A stretch of DNA of 63,940 bases, filler included, from Sandaracinaceae bacterium (GTDB taxonomy: Bacteria > Myxococcota_A > Polyangia > Polyangiales > JADJQN01): assembly GCA_947483975.1 (NCBI GenBank). It is 17 parts of 17 records of this genome, joined end to end, with 100 filler letters (N's around TTAATTAATTAA, not from the genome) between each part and the next. Parts side by side here need not be neighbours in the genome. Positions count along the whole stretch, not along the records: positions 15,588 to 19,326 come from CANKOL010000462.1; positions 19,427 to 23,126 come from CANKOL010000463.1; positions 23,227 to 26,923 come from CANKOL010000464.1; positions 27,024 to 30,718 come from CANKOL010000465.1; 13 more parts are not named here. The stretch is one strand, 5' to 3'. Numbering within the stretch: the first letter of the stretch is position 1; each line of letters begins with the position of its first letter. A program made the translations under genes and the position numbers. This document shows positions 19,233 through 28,691 of this stretch, one piece after another. The notes under the pieces are model-generated. The model worked only from the letters and a program-made list of their open reading frames with translations, made no database searches and was not told the DNA's origin.

Positions 19233-19426
19233 TCGCGCCACGTGCTGGCTAACAATCAGAGAAATTCGGCGACTGCGTCACGAAGAAGCCCGAGAAACTG
19301 CCGGCGAAACTACGTGAGCGCCGACANNNNNNNNNNNNNNNNNNNNNNNNNNNNNNNNNNNNNNNNNNNNTTAATTAATTAANNNNNNNNNNNNNNNNNN
19401 NNNNNNNNNNNNNNNNNNNNNNNNNN

Positions 19427-20142
19427 ACGTGCGGGTGCTCGTTGTGCGCGAGGTCGCTCTCTTGGTCGGCGCCCTTCGGCGGGCCGAGGACGTGAAAGTT
19501 CACGCGCGCCGAGTAGAGGAACGCGTTGTCGTCGTTGACGACCTGGTTCGCACCGCGCCCGAGGAACACGCCTGCCCAGTACTGCAGCGCGGGCGACTCC
19601 ACGTCCGGGTCGGTGTTGCCGACGAGCCCCGTGAACATCAGCCCGACGTCGCGCGGGCTCAGGTAGCGCAGCGCCAAGCGATCAGGCTGCTGCGGCGTGT
19701 AGAGCGTGCGGTCGATGAACGCCTGGTTCGCCTCGTTGATCTGATAGGTGCGCAGGAACGGCAACAAGAACTGCCCGACGCGGATCGAGAACGCCGGGTG
19801 CAGCGGCATATCGACGTACACGTCCGTCAGGTTCGGCGACGGCATCCCCTCGACCTCGAAGCGCAGCTGCAGGTAGCGGTGCAGCTGCGTGCGGAAGCCG
19901 AAGCGCGCGCGCTGCAGCCAGAAGTTGTCGTCGGAGATCGAATTCTCGGGGTCGTTCTGCCGGTAGATGAAGCCCGGCTGCGCGAAGCCCGTGAAGGCGA
20001 ACCAGCGGTGATGCCAGACGTCGTCGGCGTTCTGCTCCCAGACGCGCACATCAGCGCGCGCGTGAGCGGGCGCGAGCAGCGCAGACAGCGAGAGCGCGAC
20101 GAGGGCGAACGACGCGAGGGAGCGAGCCAGTGTGCGAGTCAC
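19427..20142 (-). CDS. Phosphate-selective porin (OprO/OprP-like), 3'-truncated
   Basis: Signal peptide; FWLQRARFG, RVGQFLLPF, FIDR, RDVGLM pattern. Confidence 0.75.
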
Positions 20143-20165
20143 GATGGTCGCGCACCTTCCCCGAT

Positions 20166-20209
20166 TCGAGTTACGCGGTCGCGGCGCCCTCGTGTCGAGA
20201 CGGTGACGC
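20166..20209 (-). promoter_or_regulatory. Pho-box-like 11-bp-phased repeats upstream of the porin
   Basis: Minus-strand cores GTCAC, GACAC, GCCGC, GTAAC at exact 11-nt spacing (plus-strand starts 20203, 20192, 20181, 20170). Confidence 0.55.
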
Positions 20210-20252
20210 CTCCGCGCAGCGCCCTCGGCGATGCGCGGTCAGCACGGCGCCG

Positions 20253-20954
20253 TCAGCGAGGCGTCGCCGCCACGTCGCGCAGCCGATAGCCGACGCCGCG
20301 CAGGGTCTCGATCAGCCCGCCGGCGTGCCCGAGCTTGGCGCGCAGGCGCTTGACGTGCGTGTCGACGGTGCGCGTCTCCATGTCCGGGTCGAGGCCCCAG
20401 ACGCGCTCGAGCAGGTTCTCGCGCGAGTGCACGCGCTCGCTGTTCGTGGCGAGGAACGTCAGCAATTTCAGCTCGAGCGCGGTCAGCGCGAGGTCGCGAC
20501 CGTCGAGCATCGCGCGGTGCCGCGCGCCGTCGATGACGAGCGGCCCGGCGGTGACGCTGGTCGGAGCCAGCGGCGGCGACGGCAGCGCGCGGCGCAGCAC
20601 CGCCCGCACGCGGAGCGCGAGCTCCCGCGCGCTGAAGGGCTTCTCGACGAAGTCGTCGACGCCGACCTCGAAGGCGACCACGCGGTCGACCTCGGCCGCG
20701 CGCGCGCTGACCACGATCAGCGGGAGCGTCGCGGTCTCTGGGTCACGCCGCACGCGCCGACAGACCTCGAGGCCAGGGACCTCTGGGAGCGCGAGATCGA
20801 GGAGGACGAGGTCGGGGCGCGACGCGCGGATCTCGGTGAGCGCCGCGGCGCCGTCGTCGACCTCGGTCACCTCCCAGCCACCCTCGAGCAAGTGGGCGAC
20901 GATCAGGCTGCGGGCTGCGATGTCCTCATCCGCGACGAGGATCCGTTCAGGCAT
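20253..20954 (-). CDS. OmpR/PhoB-family response regulator
   Basis: MPERILVADED, LLDLALP phosphoacceptor, KPF, TRTVDTHVKRLRAKLG...TLRGVGY winged helix. Confidence 0.92.
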   Translation of the reverse strand: MPERILVADEDIAARSLIVAHLLEGGWEVTEVDDGAAALTEIRASRPDLVLLDLALPEVPGLEVCRRVRRDPETATLPLIVVSARAAEVDRVVAFEVGVDDFVEKPFSARELALRVRAVLRRALPSPPLAPTSVTAGPLVIDGARHRAMLDGRDLALTALELKLLTFLATNSERVHSRENLLERVWGLDPDMETRTVDTHVKRLRAKLGHAGGLIETLRGVGYRLRDVAATPR

Positions 20955-20975
20955 TCGCTCGAGGATTGCAACGGC

Positions 20976-20995
20976 CTGTGACGGTCGCGTGTCTC
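20976..20995 (-). promoter_or_regulatory. Pho-box-like pair upstream of the response regulator (possible autoregulation)
   Basis: Minus strand GAGACACGCGACCGTCACAG: GACAC and GTCAC 11 nt apart, followed by TGCAAT. Confidence 0.45.
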
Positions 20996-21040
20996 GCGGG
21001 GAACAGTTCTGACCCGCCCGCGGAATCGCACCCGCGAGCA

Positions 21041-22252
21041 TCAGCCGCTCGCCCGCGCCCCGCGCCGCAACCGCCCCCGGACGCTCGGTACGGTTGGGAC
21101 CAAGCGCGACCCGCTGCGCAGCGAGAACTCGTGCCCGCGCCAAGCGACCCGGCGGCTGAGGCTCGCGCGGATCCACGCATAGGCTTGCAGGTAGGAGCGC
21201 ACGACCTCGAGCGGCGGCAGCCAGAGCGGGACCCGCCCGCGCAGCAGCAGCACCGCGAGCGCGGCGCCCGCGACCTGCAGCGCGATCGACGCGAGCAGCG
21301 CGAGGGCGGCGAGGCGCGACTGGCTCAGGACGAGCGCGACGGTCGCGACGACGATGGGCGACATCAGCGGCTCGAACGGGAAACCGTGCGGGGCGATCGT
21401 GCGGCGCATCTTGCCCCGGCGCGTGTGCCGCTCGACCGTGCGCTGCACGGTGCAGTCCACGTTGCGGTTCTCGACCGGCGCCATGCAGACGCGGACGGCG
21501 ACGCCGTGCCGCGTGAAGATCTGCGCGAGCACGTGGTCCTCGGCGAGCACGTCCGCGACGGCGCGGAACCCGCCGACGGCCTCGAGGTCACACGCCCTCA
21601 TCGCCATCGACTTGCCGATGCTCACGGGCCGCCCGACGAGCGTCGCGCTCGTGACGACCGCGGGCGCGACGTAGGCGAGGAGCTGCAGGTTCTCGAGCGC
21701 CGCGCCGACGGTGCGCTCCCCCGCGCCGACGATCACGCTCGTGACGAGCCCGACGCCCGGCTCATCGAGCGCCGCGACGAGGTCGCGCACGTAGCTCGGT
21801 CGGACGCGCACGTTGGCGTCGCTGACGATGAGCACCCCACCGGTCGCCTCCTCGGCGAGGCGGAGCAGCTGCGCGACCTTCGGGTTGAGCGCGGCGTTCG
21901 GGTCCGTGACGACGAGGCGCGCGTCGAGCTGCTTGTTGATCGCGAGGAACGCCCGCACGACCGGCACGGCGGGATCGGAGAGCGACGACACGCCGAGCAG
22001 CAGCTCGACGTCGGGCCAGTCGAGCTTGGCGAAGGAGCGCAGGTTCTCGGCGAGCTCGTCCTCGCGCCCCGCGAGCGGCTTGAGGATGCTGACGCGCGGC
22101 AGCGCGCGTGGTGTGTTGGAGAGAGCGCGCGCACGCGCGGCGACGCGGAGGCGACCGCGGACGAGCCCGACGACGAACGAGCCCATGAGGAGGAGATAGA
22201 CAGCGGCGCTGAACGCGCTCACGGAGAGCAGCAGAGCATCGGTGTTCGACAT
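21041..22252 (-). CDS. Ceramide glucosyltransferase / HpnI-like glycosyltransferase
   Basis: SILKPLAG, LNPKV, VSDANV, GKSMA, LAEDH; N- and C-terminal TM segments. Confidence 0.85.
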   Translation of the reverse strand: MSNTDALLLSVSAFSAAVYLLLMGSFVVGLVRGRLRVAARARALSNTPRALPRVSILKPLAGREDELAENLRSFAKLDWPDVELLLGVSSLSDPAVPVVRAFLAINKQLDARLVVTDPNAALNPKVAQLLRLAEEATGGVLIVSDANVRVRPSYVRDLVAALDEPGVGLVTSVIVGAGERTVGAALENLQLLAYVAPAVVTSATLVGRPVSIGKSMAMRACDLEAVGGFRAVADVLAEDHVLAQIFTRHGVAVRVCMAPVENRNVDCTVQRTVERHTRRGKMRRTIAPHGFPFEPLMSPIVVATVALVLSQSRLAALALLASIALQVAGAALAVLLLRGRVPLWLPPLEVVRSYLQAYAWIRASLSRRVAWRGHEFSLRSGSRLVPTVPSVRGRLRRGARASG

Positions 22253-22391
22253 GGACCTCGAGCGTTCGGGCTCGATGTGTCGAAGGGCTCACGGCGCGGT
22301 GCAGGTTCTGCGACACGCCCGCGTCGACGTGCAGTTGCGACGTGCCCGCCGTGCGCTCGGCACGGCGCCGTCACGCGCGAGCGCGCCGCAG

Positions 22392-23126
22392 CTACCGCGG
22401 ACCGCCGAAGACCTGCAGCCCGTACGGGCCGTAGCCGCGATACATCCGCACGTTGACCTTCACGCGCGCCGAGGTCAGCGGGCAGAAGCGCACGCGCGGG
22501 AAGGCGTCGTGCTCCGCGTCGCGCGCGAGCTCGCTGCCGAGCGCGTCCCGCACGATCAGATCGAGCTCCGCGACCGAGGGCGCGCCCGCGCCGAGCACGA
22601 CGTAGCACTGCCCGGCTTCGACGGAGACCTCGTGATCGACGGCCTCGCTCGTCCGGAGCTGCCCCGCGATCAGGTCCGTCACGGCGACGCGCCCCTCGCC
22701 GGTCGCCGCGTGCCGCGCGCGCACGCGCTGCGCCGGGAAGGTCGTGCCCGTGCCCCCGACGGGGAACGTCGCGCGCCGCGAGGGCGCCTCCGTCGGCCCG
22801 TTGGCGCTCGAGCCGAGCACCTGCCACGCGATGGCGCCCGTCCCGGCGACGAGCGTGATCGCCAAGCGATACGCGCCCGCGGTCGGCGGGCACACCGGGC
22901 GCAGCAGCCCGAGCGACGCCGTCGCCTCGTGCGTGCCGTCCGTCTGCAGGGTCTCGTCGACGCGCGCGTCCGGCGCACGCAGCGCGAGATCGACGTCGGT
23001 GACGCCGTCCTCTGCGGCGACCAGCACGCGGTAGCAGCGCCCCGGCACCACGGTCACCTCGCGCTCGACGCGCTGCCCCGCGACGAGCACCTCGCGCGCC
23101 CCAGACGTCACCGGCGCCATGGCCGC
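22392..23126 (-). CDS. Hypothetical protein with duplicated beta-rich domain, 5'-truncated
   Basis: Two copies of GxCYxV...(D/E)xDL...C pattern. Confidence 0.65.
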   Translation of the reverse strand, partial: AAMAPVTSGAREVLVAGQRVEREVTVVPGRCYRVLVAAEDGVTDVDLALRAPDARVDETLQTDGTHEATASLGLLRPVCPPTAGAYRLAITLVAGTGAIAWQVLGSSANGPTEAPSRRATFPVGGTGTTFPAQRVRARHAATGEGRVAVTDLIAGQLRTSEAVDHEVSVEAGQCYVVLGAGAPSVAELDLIVRDALGSELARDAEHDAFPRVRFCPLTSARVKVNVRMYRGYGPYGLQVFGGPR

Positions 23127-23228
23127 NNNNNNNNNNNNNNNNNNNNNNNNNNNNNNNNNNNNNNNNNNNNTTAATTAATTAANNNNNNNNNNNNNNNNNN
23201 NNNNNNNNNNNNNNNNNNNNNNNNNNCG

Positions 23229-24194
23229 GCGCTCCCGCTGCTCGCAGAGGACGACGGGCGCGGGCTGCACCTCGTGCTCGTGCCGCTCCGCTGGGACGGC
23301 GACGGCAGCGGGCGCCTGCCCGACACCTCGACCGCCTGGCTCGACGGCGTGCGCGCGCTCTTGCTCTCGCTCTATCCGCTCGTCGACCTGACGCTGACCG
23401 TGCACGCGCCGGTGCCGTGGTCCGACTCGCTGACGCTGACGGGCAACGTGGACTTCGGCTCGATCAACGCGATGCTCCGCGATCTGCGCACGACCGACGG
23501 CGCGTCGAACGAGTCGTACTACTACGCGCTCGTCGCGCCGAACGCGACCTACAGCGGCTACTGCGGCGGCTCCTGCGTCACGGGTCAGAGCTACGTCGTC
23601 GACGCCGCCTCCGATGGCGGCTACCGCGTCGGCAGCGGCGTGGACTTCGGCAGCGCGGACTCCGCGTGGACGCTCGCGCACGAGGTCGGGCACGAGTACG
23701 GCCGCTACCACGCGCCCTGCTCGACCTCCGGCGCGGACGTCGGCTACCCGTACGCCGGGGGCCAGATCGGCGTGTGGGGCTGGGATATGCGCGACGGCAC
23801 CTTCCAAGCGCCCGTCGCGACGACCGACTTCATGGGCTACTGCGACCCGACCTGGATCAGCGACTACACTTGGTCCGCGATGTTCACGCGCACGCTCGCG
23901 ACGAGCGCCCTCGCCCATCGCGCGCCCGAGCGCTCGCTGCTCGTGCGCCTCGGCGCCGAGTCTGTCAGCGCCGAGCGCGGCGCGGTGCTCGTCGGAGCGC
24001 GCACGCTCGTGCCGCCGACGACGCGCGCGCGCACCCGCTTCGCGTGGCTGAGCCGCGGGCGCGTGCTCGGCTCAGGCGACGCGCCGACGCTCGAGGTGTC
24101 CGACTCCAACGAGCGCCTCGTCGTGCTCCCGGCGCCGCCCGCCCTCGCCGACAGCGTGCGCCTCGACGGCGTCGTGATCGCCTTCGCGCGCTGA
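23229..24194 (+). CDS. Metzincin metallopeptidase (M66-like), 5'-truncated
   Basis: HEVGHEYGRYH zinc motif and DFMGY Met-turn. Confidence 0.85.
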   Translation, partial: ALPLLAEDDGRGLHLVLVPLRWDGDGSGRLPDTSTAWLDGVRALLLSLYPLVDLTLTVHAPVPWSDSLTLTGNVDFGSINAMLRDLRTTDGASNESYYYALVAPNATYSGYCGGSCVTGQSYVVDAASDGGYRVGSGVDFGSADSAWTLAHEVGHEYGRYHAPCSTSGADVGYPYAGGQIGVWGWDMRDGTFQAPVATTDFMGYCDPTWISDYTWSAMFTRTLATSALAHRAPERSLLVRLGAESVSAERGAVLVGARTLVPPTTRARTRFAWLSRGRVLGSGDAPTLEVSDSNERLVVLPAPPALADSVRLDGVVIAFAR

Positions 24195-24247
24195 GCGCCT
24201 CCCGCGACGCAAAGCGCGAAACGCCCAGGGAATCCTGGGTCTCGCGC

Positions 24248-25009
24248 CTAGCCGACGCTCTCGCCGAGGTACGCGTCCTTCACGCGCGGGTCGTCGCGCA
24301 GCGCCTTGGCGTCGCCGCTGAGCGCGACCTCGCCCGACACGAGCACGTAGGCGCGCTTCGCCGTCTCGAGGGCGAGGCGGGTGTTCTGCTCGACGAGGAG
24401 GATCGTCAGGCCGTTCTTCGCGATGTCGCGGATCGACGCGAAGATCTCGAGCGTCAGCTTCGGCGCGAGCCCGAGGCTCGGCTCGTCGAGCAAGAGCAGC
24501 TTCGGCTCGGACATCAGCGCGCGGCCGATCGCGAGCATCTGCTGCTCGCCGCCGGAGAGCGTGCCGGCGTTCTGCGTGAAGCGCTCCTTCAGCCGGGGGA
24601 AGAGCGTCACGACCTGCTCGAGGCGCCGCGCCATGCCCTTCGGCTCGCGCTTCAGGTAGGCGCCTAGCTGCAGGTTCTCTTCGACGCTCAGGTTTCCGAA
24701 GATCGCGCGCCCCTCGGGCACGAGCGCGACGCCGAGCGCGGCGACCTCGTGCGTCGCGAGCGCGGTCACGTCGCGGCCGAAGATCTTGACGCCGCCGCCC
24801 GACTTCACGAGGCGGACGAGCGCCTTCATCGTCGAGGTCTTGCCCGCGCCGTTCGCCCCGAGGATCGCGACGATCTCGCCCGGCTCGACGTGCAGCGAGA
24901 CGCCCTTGACCGCCGCGATGCCGCCGTAGCTGACCGTGAGGTTCTCGACCTCGAGCGCGCGCGCGCTCGCCTGTGCGGGGACCGCTTCCGGGGGCACGAC
25001 GGCGCTCAT
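24248..25009 (-). CDS. livF: Branched-chain amino acid ABC transporter ATP-binding protein
   Basis: GANGAGKT, VPEGR, LSGGEQQM, LDEPSLGLAP. Confidence 0.93.
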   Translation of the reverse strand: MSAVVPPEAVPAQASARALEVENLTVSYGGIAAVKGVSLHVEPGEIVAILGANGAGKTSTMKALVRLVKSGGGVKIFGRDVTALATHEVAALGVALVPEGRAIFGNLSVEENLQLGAYLKREPKGMARRLEQVVTLFPRLKERFTQNAGTLSGGEQQMLAIGRALMSEPKLLLLDEPSLGLAPKLTLEIFASIRDIAKNGLTILLVEQNTRLALETAKRAYVLVSGEVALSGDAKALRDDPRVKDAYLGESVG

Positions 25010-25857
25010 GACTCGACCCCGGGCGCGCTCACCGGCGCAGGCTCCGTGCCCGCCGCCGACTTCGCGACCTTCTCCATCTCCTCGGCGCTGACGTCCGCGC
25101 CGAGGTAGGCGCGCAGCACCTCGGGGTCGTTTCGCACGTGCTCTGGAGTGCCGTCGGCGATGGTCTCCCCGTGGTCGACGCAGTGCACGTGATCGCAGAC
25201 GTTCATCACGACCTGCATGTTGTGCTCGACGAGGACGATCGTGAGATCGAGCTTGTCGCGCAGCCAGCGGATCTGCTCGGTCAGCTTGTGCGCCTCGCTC
25301 GAGTTGAGCCCCGCCGCCGGCTCGTCGAGCAGGATCAGCTTCGGGTCGAGCATCAGCGCGCGCGCGATCTCGAGGCGGCGCTGCGCGCCATACGGCAGCG
25401 AGCCCGCGTCCTCGTCCTTCTGCGGCAGCAGCCCAAAGAGCTCGAGCAGCTCCTCCGCGCGCTTCGTCAGCGCGCGCTCCTCGCTCTCGTAGCGCGGGGT
25501 GCGCAGGATCGCGCCGAAGAGCCCCGCCTTGCGCCGCTGAAACGAGGCGACGAGGACGTTCTCGAGCACGCTCATCTCGCCCGCGATGCGGATGTTCTGG
25601 AAGGTGCGCCCGATGCCCGCGCGCGCGATGCGGAAGGGCTGCCAGCCGGCGATGTCCTGCCCCTGAAAGCGGATCGTGCCGCCGTCCGGCTGATAGACGC
25701 CGGTGACGACGTTGAAGAGCGTCGTCTTGCCCGCGCCGTTCGGCCCGATCAGCCCGAAGATCTGCTTCTCGGCGACGTTGAAGGTCACGCCGCCGATCGC
25801 GCGGAGCCCGCCGAAGACCTTCTCGATCCCGGTCAGCGCGAGGACGGGCGCGCTCAC
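25006..25857 (-). CDS. livG: Branched-chain amino acid ABC transporter ATP-binding protein
   Basis: FGGLRA, GPNGAGKTT, RTFQN, LDEPAAG; GTG start overlapping the livM stop. Confidence 0.93.
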   Translation of the reverse strand: MSAPVLALTGIEKVFGGLRAIGGVTFNVAEKQIFGLIGPNGAGKTTLFNVVTGVYQPDGGTIRFQGQDIAGWQPFRIARAGIGRTFQNIRIAGEMSVLENVLVASFQRRKAGLFGAILRTPRYESEERALTKRAEELLELFGLLPQKDEDAGSLPYGAQRRLEIARALMLDPKLILLDEPAAGLNSSEAHKLTEQIRWLRDKLDLTIVLVEHNMQVVMNVCDHVHCVDHGETIADGTPEHVRNDPEVLRAYLGADVSAEEMEKVAKSAAGTEPAPVSAPGVES

Positions 25858-26855
25858 TTCGCGCCCCCGCGGAGGCGCATCTTGAGCCAGCCGAGCGAGA
25901 GCTCGCGGCGCCCGAGCAGGCCCTCCGGGCGGAGCAGCATCGTCGCGATCAGCAAGAGCGGATAGACGATCAGGCGGAACTGCTGCGCCTCGCGGAGCAC
26001 CTCGAGCAGCACCGTGATCGTGATGGCGCCGAGCACCGAGCCCGAGATGCTGCCGAGCCCGCCGATGATGATCATCACGATCACGTCGATCGAGCGATCG
26101 AACTTGAAGTCGTCGGGGCGGACGCTGCCGTTCATGTGCCCGTAGAGCCCGCCCGCGATGCCCGCCGCCATCGACGAGACGACGAAGGCGATGACCTTGA
26201 GGCGCGTCGTCGGGATGCCGACGGCCTCGGCGCTGATCTCGTCCTCGCGGATCTGCGCGAGCGCGCGGCCGTACGACGAGCGCGTGAGGCTCACCATCAC
26301 GACGACGACGAGCGCCGCCCACGAGAAGACCCAGAAGAAGTTGGAGTAGATCGGCAGCCCGAGCGGGCGCCCGCCGCTGAACCCGGTCGCGCCGCCGAGG
26401 CGGTCCGAGTTGTTGAAGACGAGGCGGATGATCTCGCCGAAGCCGAGCGTGACGATCGCGAGGTAGTCGCCGCGCAGGCGCAGGGACGGCGCGCCGACGA
26501 GCACGCCCGCGAGCCCCGCGAAGGTCGCCGCGACGAGCAGCCCTGCGGTCAGCACGAGCCCCTGCGCGACGGGGATCGGCAGGCTCGCGAGCTGAGGCGC
26601 GAGCGCGTCCTCGAGGCCGATCACGGTGACGGCGCAGCTATACGCGCCGACGGCCATGAAGCCCGCGTGACCGATCGAGAACTGCCCCGTCGTGCCGTTG
26701 ATCAGGTTGAGCCCGACCGCGAGGATGACGTTGATCCCGCACTGCAGGATGATGCGCCCGACGTAGTCGCTGACGGTGGCCTCGACGACCGAGCCGACGC
26801 CGTAGATGACGGCGAGCCCGAGGACCATGAGACCGATGCGTTTGAGCCAGATCAC
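25854..26855 (-). CDS. livM: Branched-chain amino acid ABC transporter permease
   Basis: GQFSIGHAGF, LRLRGDYLAIVTLGFGEI, IREDEISA. Confidence 0.93.
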   Translation of the reverse strand: MIWLKRIGLMVLGLAVIYGVGSVVEATVSDYVGRIILQCGINVILAVGLNLINGTTGQFSIGHAGFMAVGAYSCAVTVIGLEDALAPQLASLPIPVAQGLVLTAGLLVAATFAGLAGVLVGAPSLRLRGDYLAIVTLGFGEIIRLVFNNSDRLGGATGFSGGRPLGLPIYSNFFWVFSWAALVVVVMVSLTRSSYGRALAQIREDEISAEAVGIPTTRLKVIAFVVSSMAAGIAGGLYGHMNGSVRPDDFKFDRSIDVIVMIIIGGLGSISGSVLGAITITVLLEVLREAQQFRLIVYPLLLIATMLLRPEGLLGRRELSLGWLKMRLRGGAK

Positions 26856-27023
26856 GGTGTAGACGCAGCGACCGCCGCGTGCTCGGACGTATCACACGGG
26901 AGGGGGCGCGGATGCAAGGCTGCNNNNNNNNNNNNNNNNNNNNNNNNNNNNNNNNNNNNNNNNNNNNTTAATTAATTAANNNNNNNNNNNNNNNNNNNNN
27001 NNNNNNNNNNNNNNNNNNNNNNN

Positions 27024-27835
27024 CAGGGAGCTTCCTCGTGCCGTACGTCGGCGTGCTCGGGCGCGCGTACTTCGTGCGTTCGACCGCGAACGGCGCGGGC
27101 GCCTCGGGCAGCGTGTCGAACGTCGACGTCGGCGAGGTGCAGGCGGGCGGGCAGCTGACCGCGTGGAGCGCGGTCGACGCCTCGCGCAGCGTCAGCGGCT
27201 ATGCCTCCGCGGCGGGCAACGGCTTCCTCGCCGCGCAGGACGCCCCGACCGCGGACGCCCCGGCAGCCGACGACTTCCGCGACCGGCTGGTCGTCGTCGG
27301 CCTGCGCGCGGGGCTCGGCGTGCCGTCGCTCTTCAACGAGCTCGGGCTGTCGTACGACCTCTCGCTCGAGGCGGGCGTCGTGCTGCCGTTCCTCGACGGT
27401 CGCCTCGCGGTCAGCGCGGACGTCGGCTACTCGGCGCCGGGCGTCAGCGCGGGCGGCTCGGACGTGCGCGTCGGCGCGGCGGGCGGCGCGTGGACGTACG
27501 AGGTGACGAACGAGCGGCTCGTCGTATCGCTCGGCCCGGTGTTCCGCTTCTTGCCGCCAGGGAGCTTCCTCGTGCCGTACGTCGGCGTGCTCGGGCGCGC
27601 GTACTTCGTGCGTTCGACCGCGAACGGCGCGGGCGCGGGGCAGCCCTTCGGCGAGAACGTCGAGACCTCCACGGCGTTCGGCGTCGCGGGCGCGGTCGGC
27701 GGGGAGCTCCGCCTCGGCCCGGGGGTCGCGCTCCTCGAGGTCTCGTGCGGCTGGGCGGCGCTCGAGCAGACGATCACGGGCACGACGACCGCCGGCGTGC
27801 TCGCCGCGCAGCTCGGCTATCGCCTCTTCCTGTAG
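27024..27835 (+). CDS. Outer-membrane beta-barrel-like protein, 5' end unreliable
   Basis: Alternating amphipathic strands, PYVGV, C-terminal LGYRLFL. Confidence 0.65.
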
Positions 27836-27849
27836 CCTGCAGAGCACAA

Positions 27850-28662
27850 ATGAACGCGCTCTACGCACTGCTCCTCGCGACGCCCGTCTTCGGCTTTCAG
27901 CTCTCGGCGCCCGCGCTCGACTTCGGGCTGCCGAGCGAGCTCGACGTCGCCGTGCCGGCGGACGCCGTCGCGCCGCAGCCGAGCGTCCCGGGGTCAGGCA
28001 CCGTCGAGCCCGCGTTGGTCGAGCCTGGCTTGAACGAGCCTTCCGTGATCGAGCCCGCGACCGCCCCGCAGGTCGCCGCTGTTCCGACGGCGAGCGACAC
28101 CGCGAGCGCCGCCGCGGAGGCGCAAGAGGCGGCCTACGCCGACGCGCTCCACGCGCGCAATCGCCTCGCGAAGGTCCATCGGATCCTCGGCATCAGCACC
28201 TGGGTGGCGATGGGCGCGACGCTGACCCTCGGCGCGATCCAGTACTGGAACCTCTACGGCTTCGGCGGGACGTACTCCGACAACCCGTGCGTCGACGGCG
28301 ACGCGATCGGCGGCTACGAGGCCTGCGTCGGTCGGCCGCTGCCGCACCTGATTAGCTCGCTCGTCACGACCGGCCTGTACGTCTCGACGCTGACCCTCGC
28401 GCTCTTGATGCCGGACCCCGACGACGCGGCGACGGGCGACAGCGAGTTCGCGCGCACGCTCCGCACGCACAAGATCCTGCGCTGGGTGCACCTCGTCGGC
28501 ATGGTCGCGCAGGTGGCGCTCGGCGTCGTGACCGCCAACGTGTTCGACCGCGCGAACCCAGACGACTTCGCGACGGCGCAGGCGCTCGCCACGGTCCACC
28601 TGGGGCTCGGCCTCGTGACCTTCGGCGCGCTCACCTGGGCTGGCGCGCTCATGGCATTCTGA
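27850..28662 (+). CDS. Four-TM membrane protein with His at helix starts (possible b-type cytochrome)
   Basis: VHRIL, PHLIS, THKILRWVH and VHLGL precede four hydrophobic helices; Pro/Ala-rich N-terminus. Confidence 0.65.
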   Translation: MNALYALLLATPVFGFQLSAPALDFGLPSELDVAVPADAVAPQPSVPGSGTVEPALVEPGLNEPSVIEPATAPQVAAVPTASDTASAAAEAQEAAYADALHARNRLAKVHRILGISTWVAMGATLTLGAIQYWNLYGFGGTYSDNPCVDGDAIGGYEACVGRPLPHLISSLVTTGLYVSTLTLALLMPDPDDAATGDSEFARTLRTHKILRWVHLVGMVAQVALGVVTANVFDRANPDDFATAQALATVHLGLGLVTFGALTWAGALMAF

Positions 28663-28691
28663 CGACCAAGCGCTCTCCAAGGAAACGACCG

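Larger units (their letters stand above)
15800..19326 (+). mobile_element. 3527-bp four-gene DDE transposase + AAA ATPase transposon with TG...CA ends
   Basis: Left end TGTTGGGCATCACGCAGATTCG vs reverse complement of right end TGTCGGCGCTCACGTAGTTTCG (16/22); four co-oriented ORFs between. Confidence 0.88.

Noticed and set aside
27024..27636. Exact 79-bp duplication (27024-27102 and 27558-27636) as a DGR template/variable repeat or domain duplication
   Set aside because: 100% identical with no adenine-specific differences, no RT on the contig, and it begins at the contig edge; most likely an assembly artefact.
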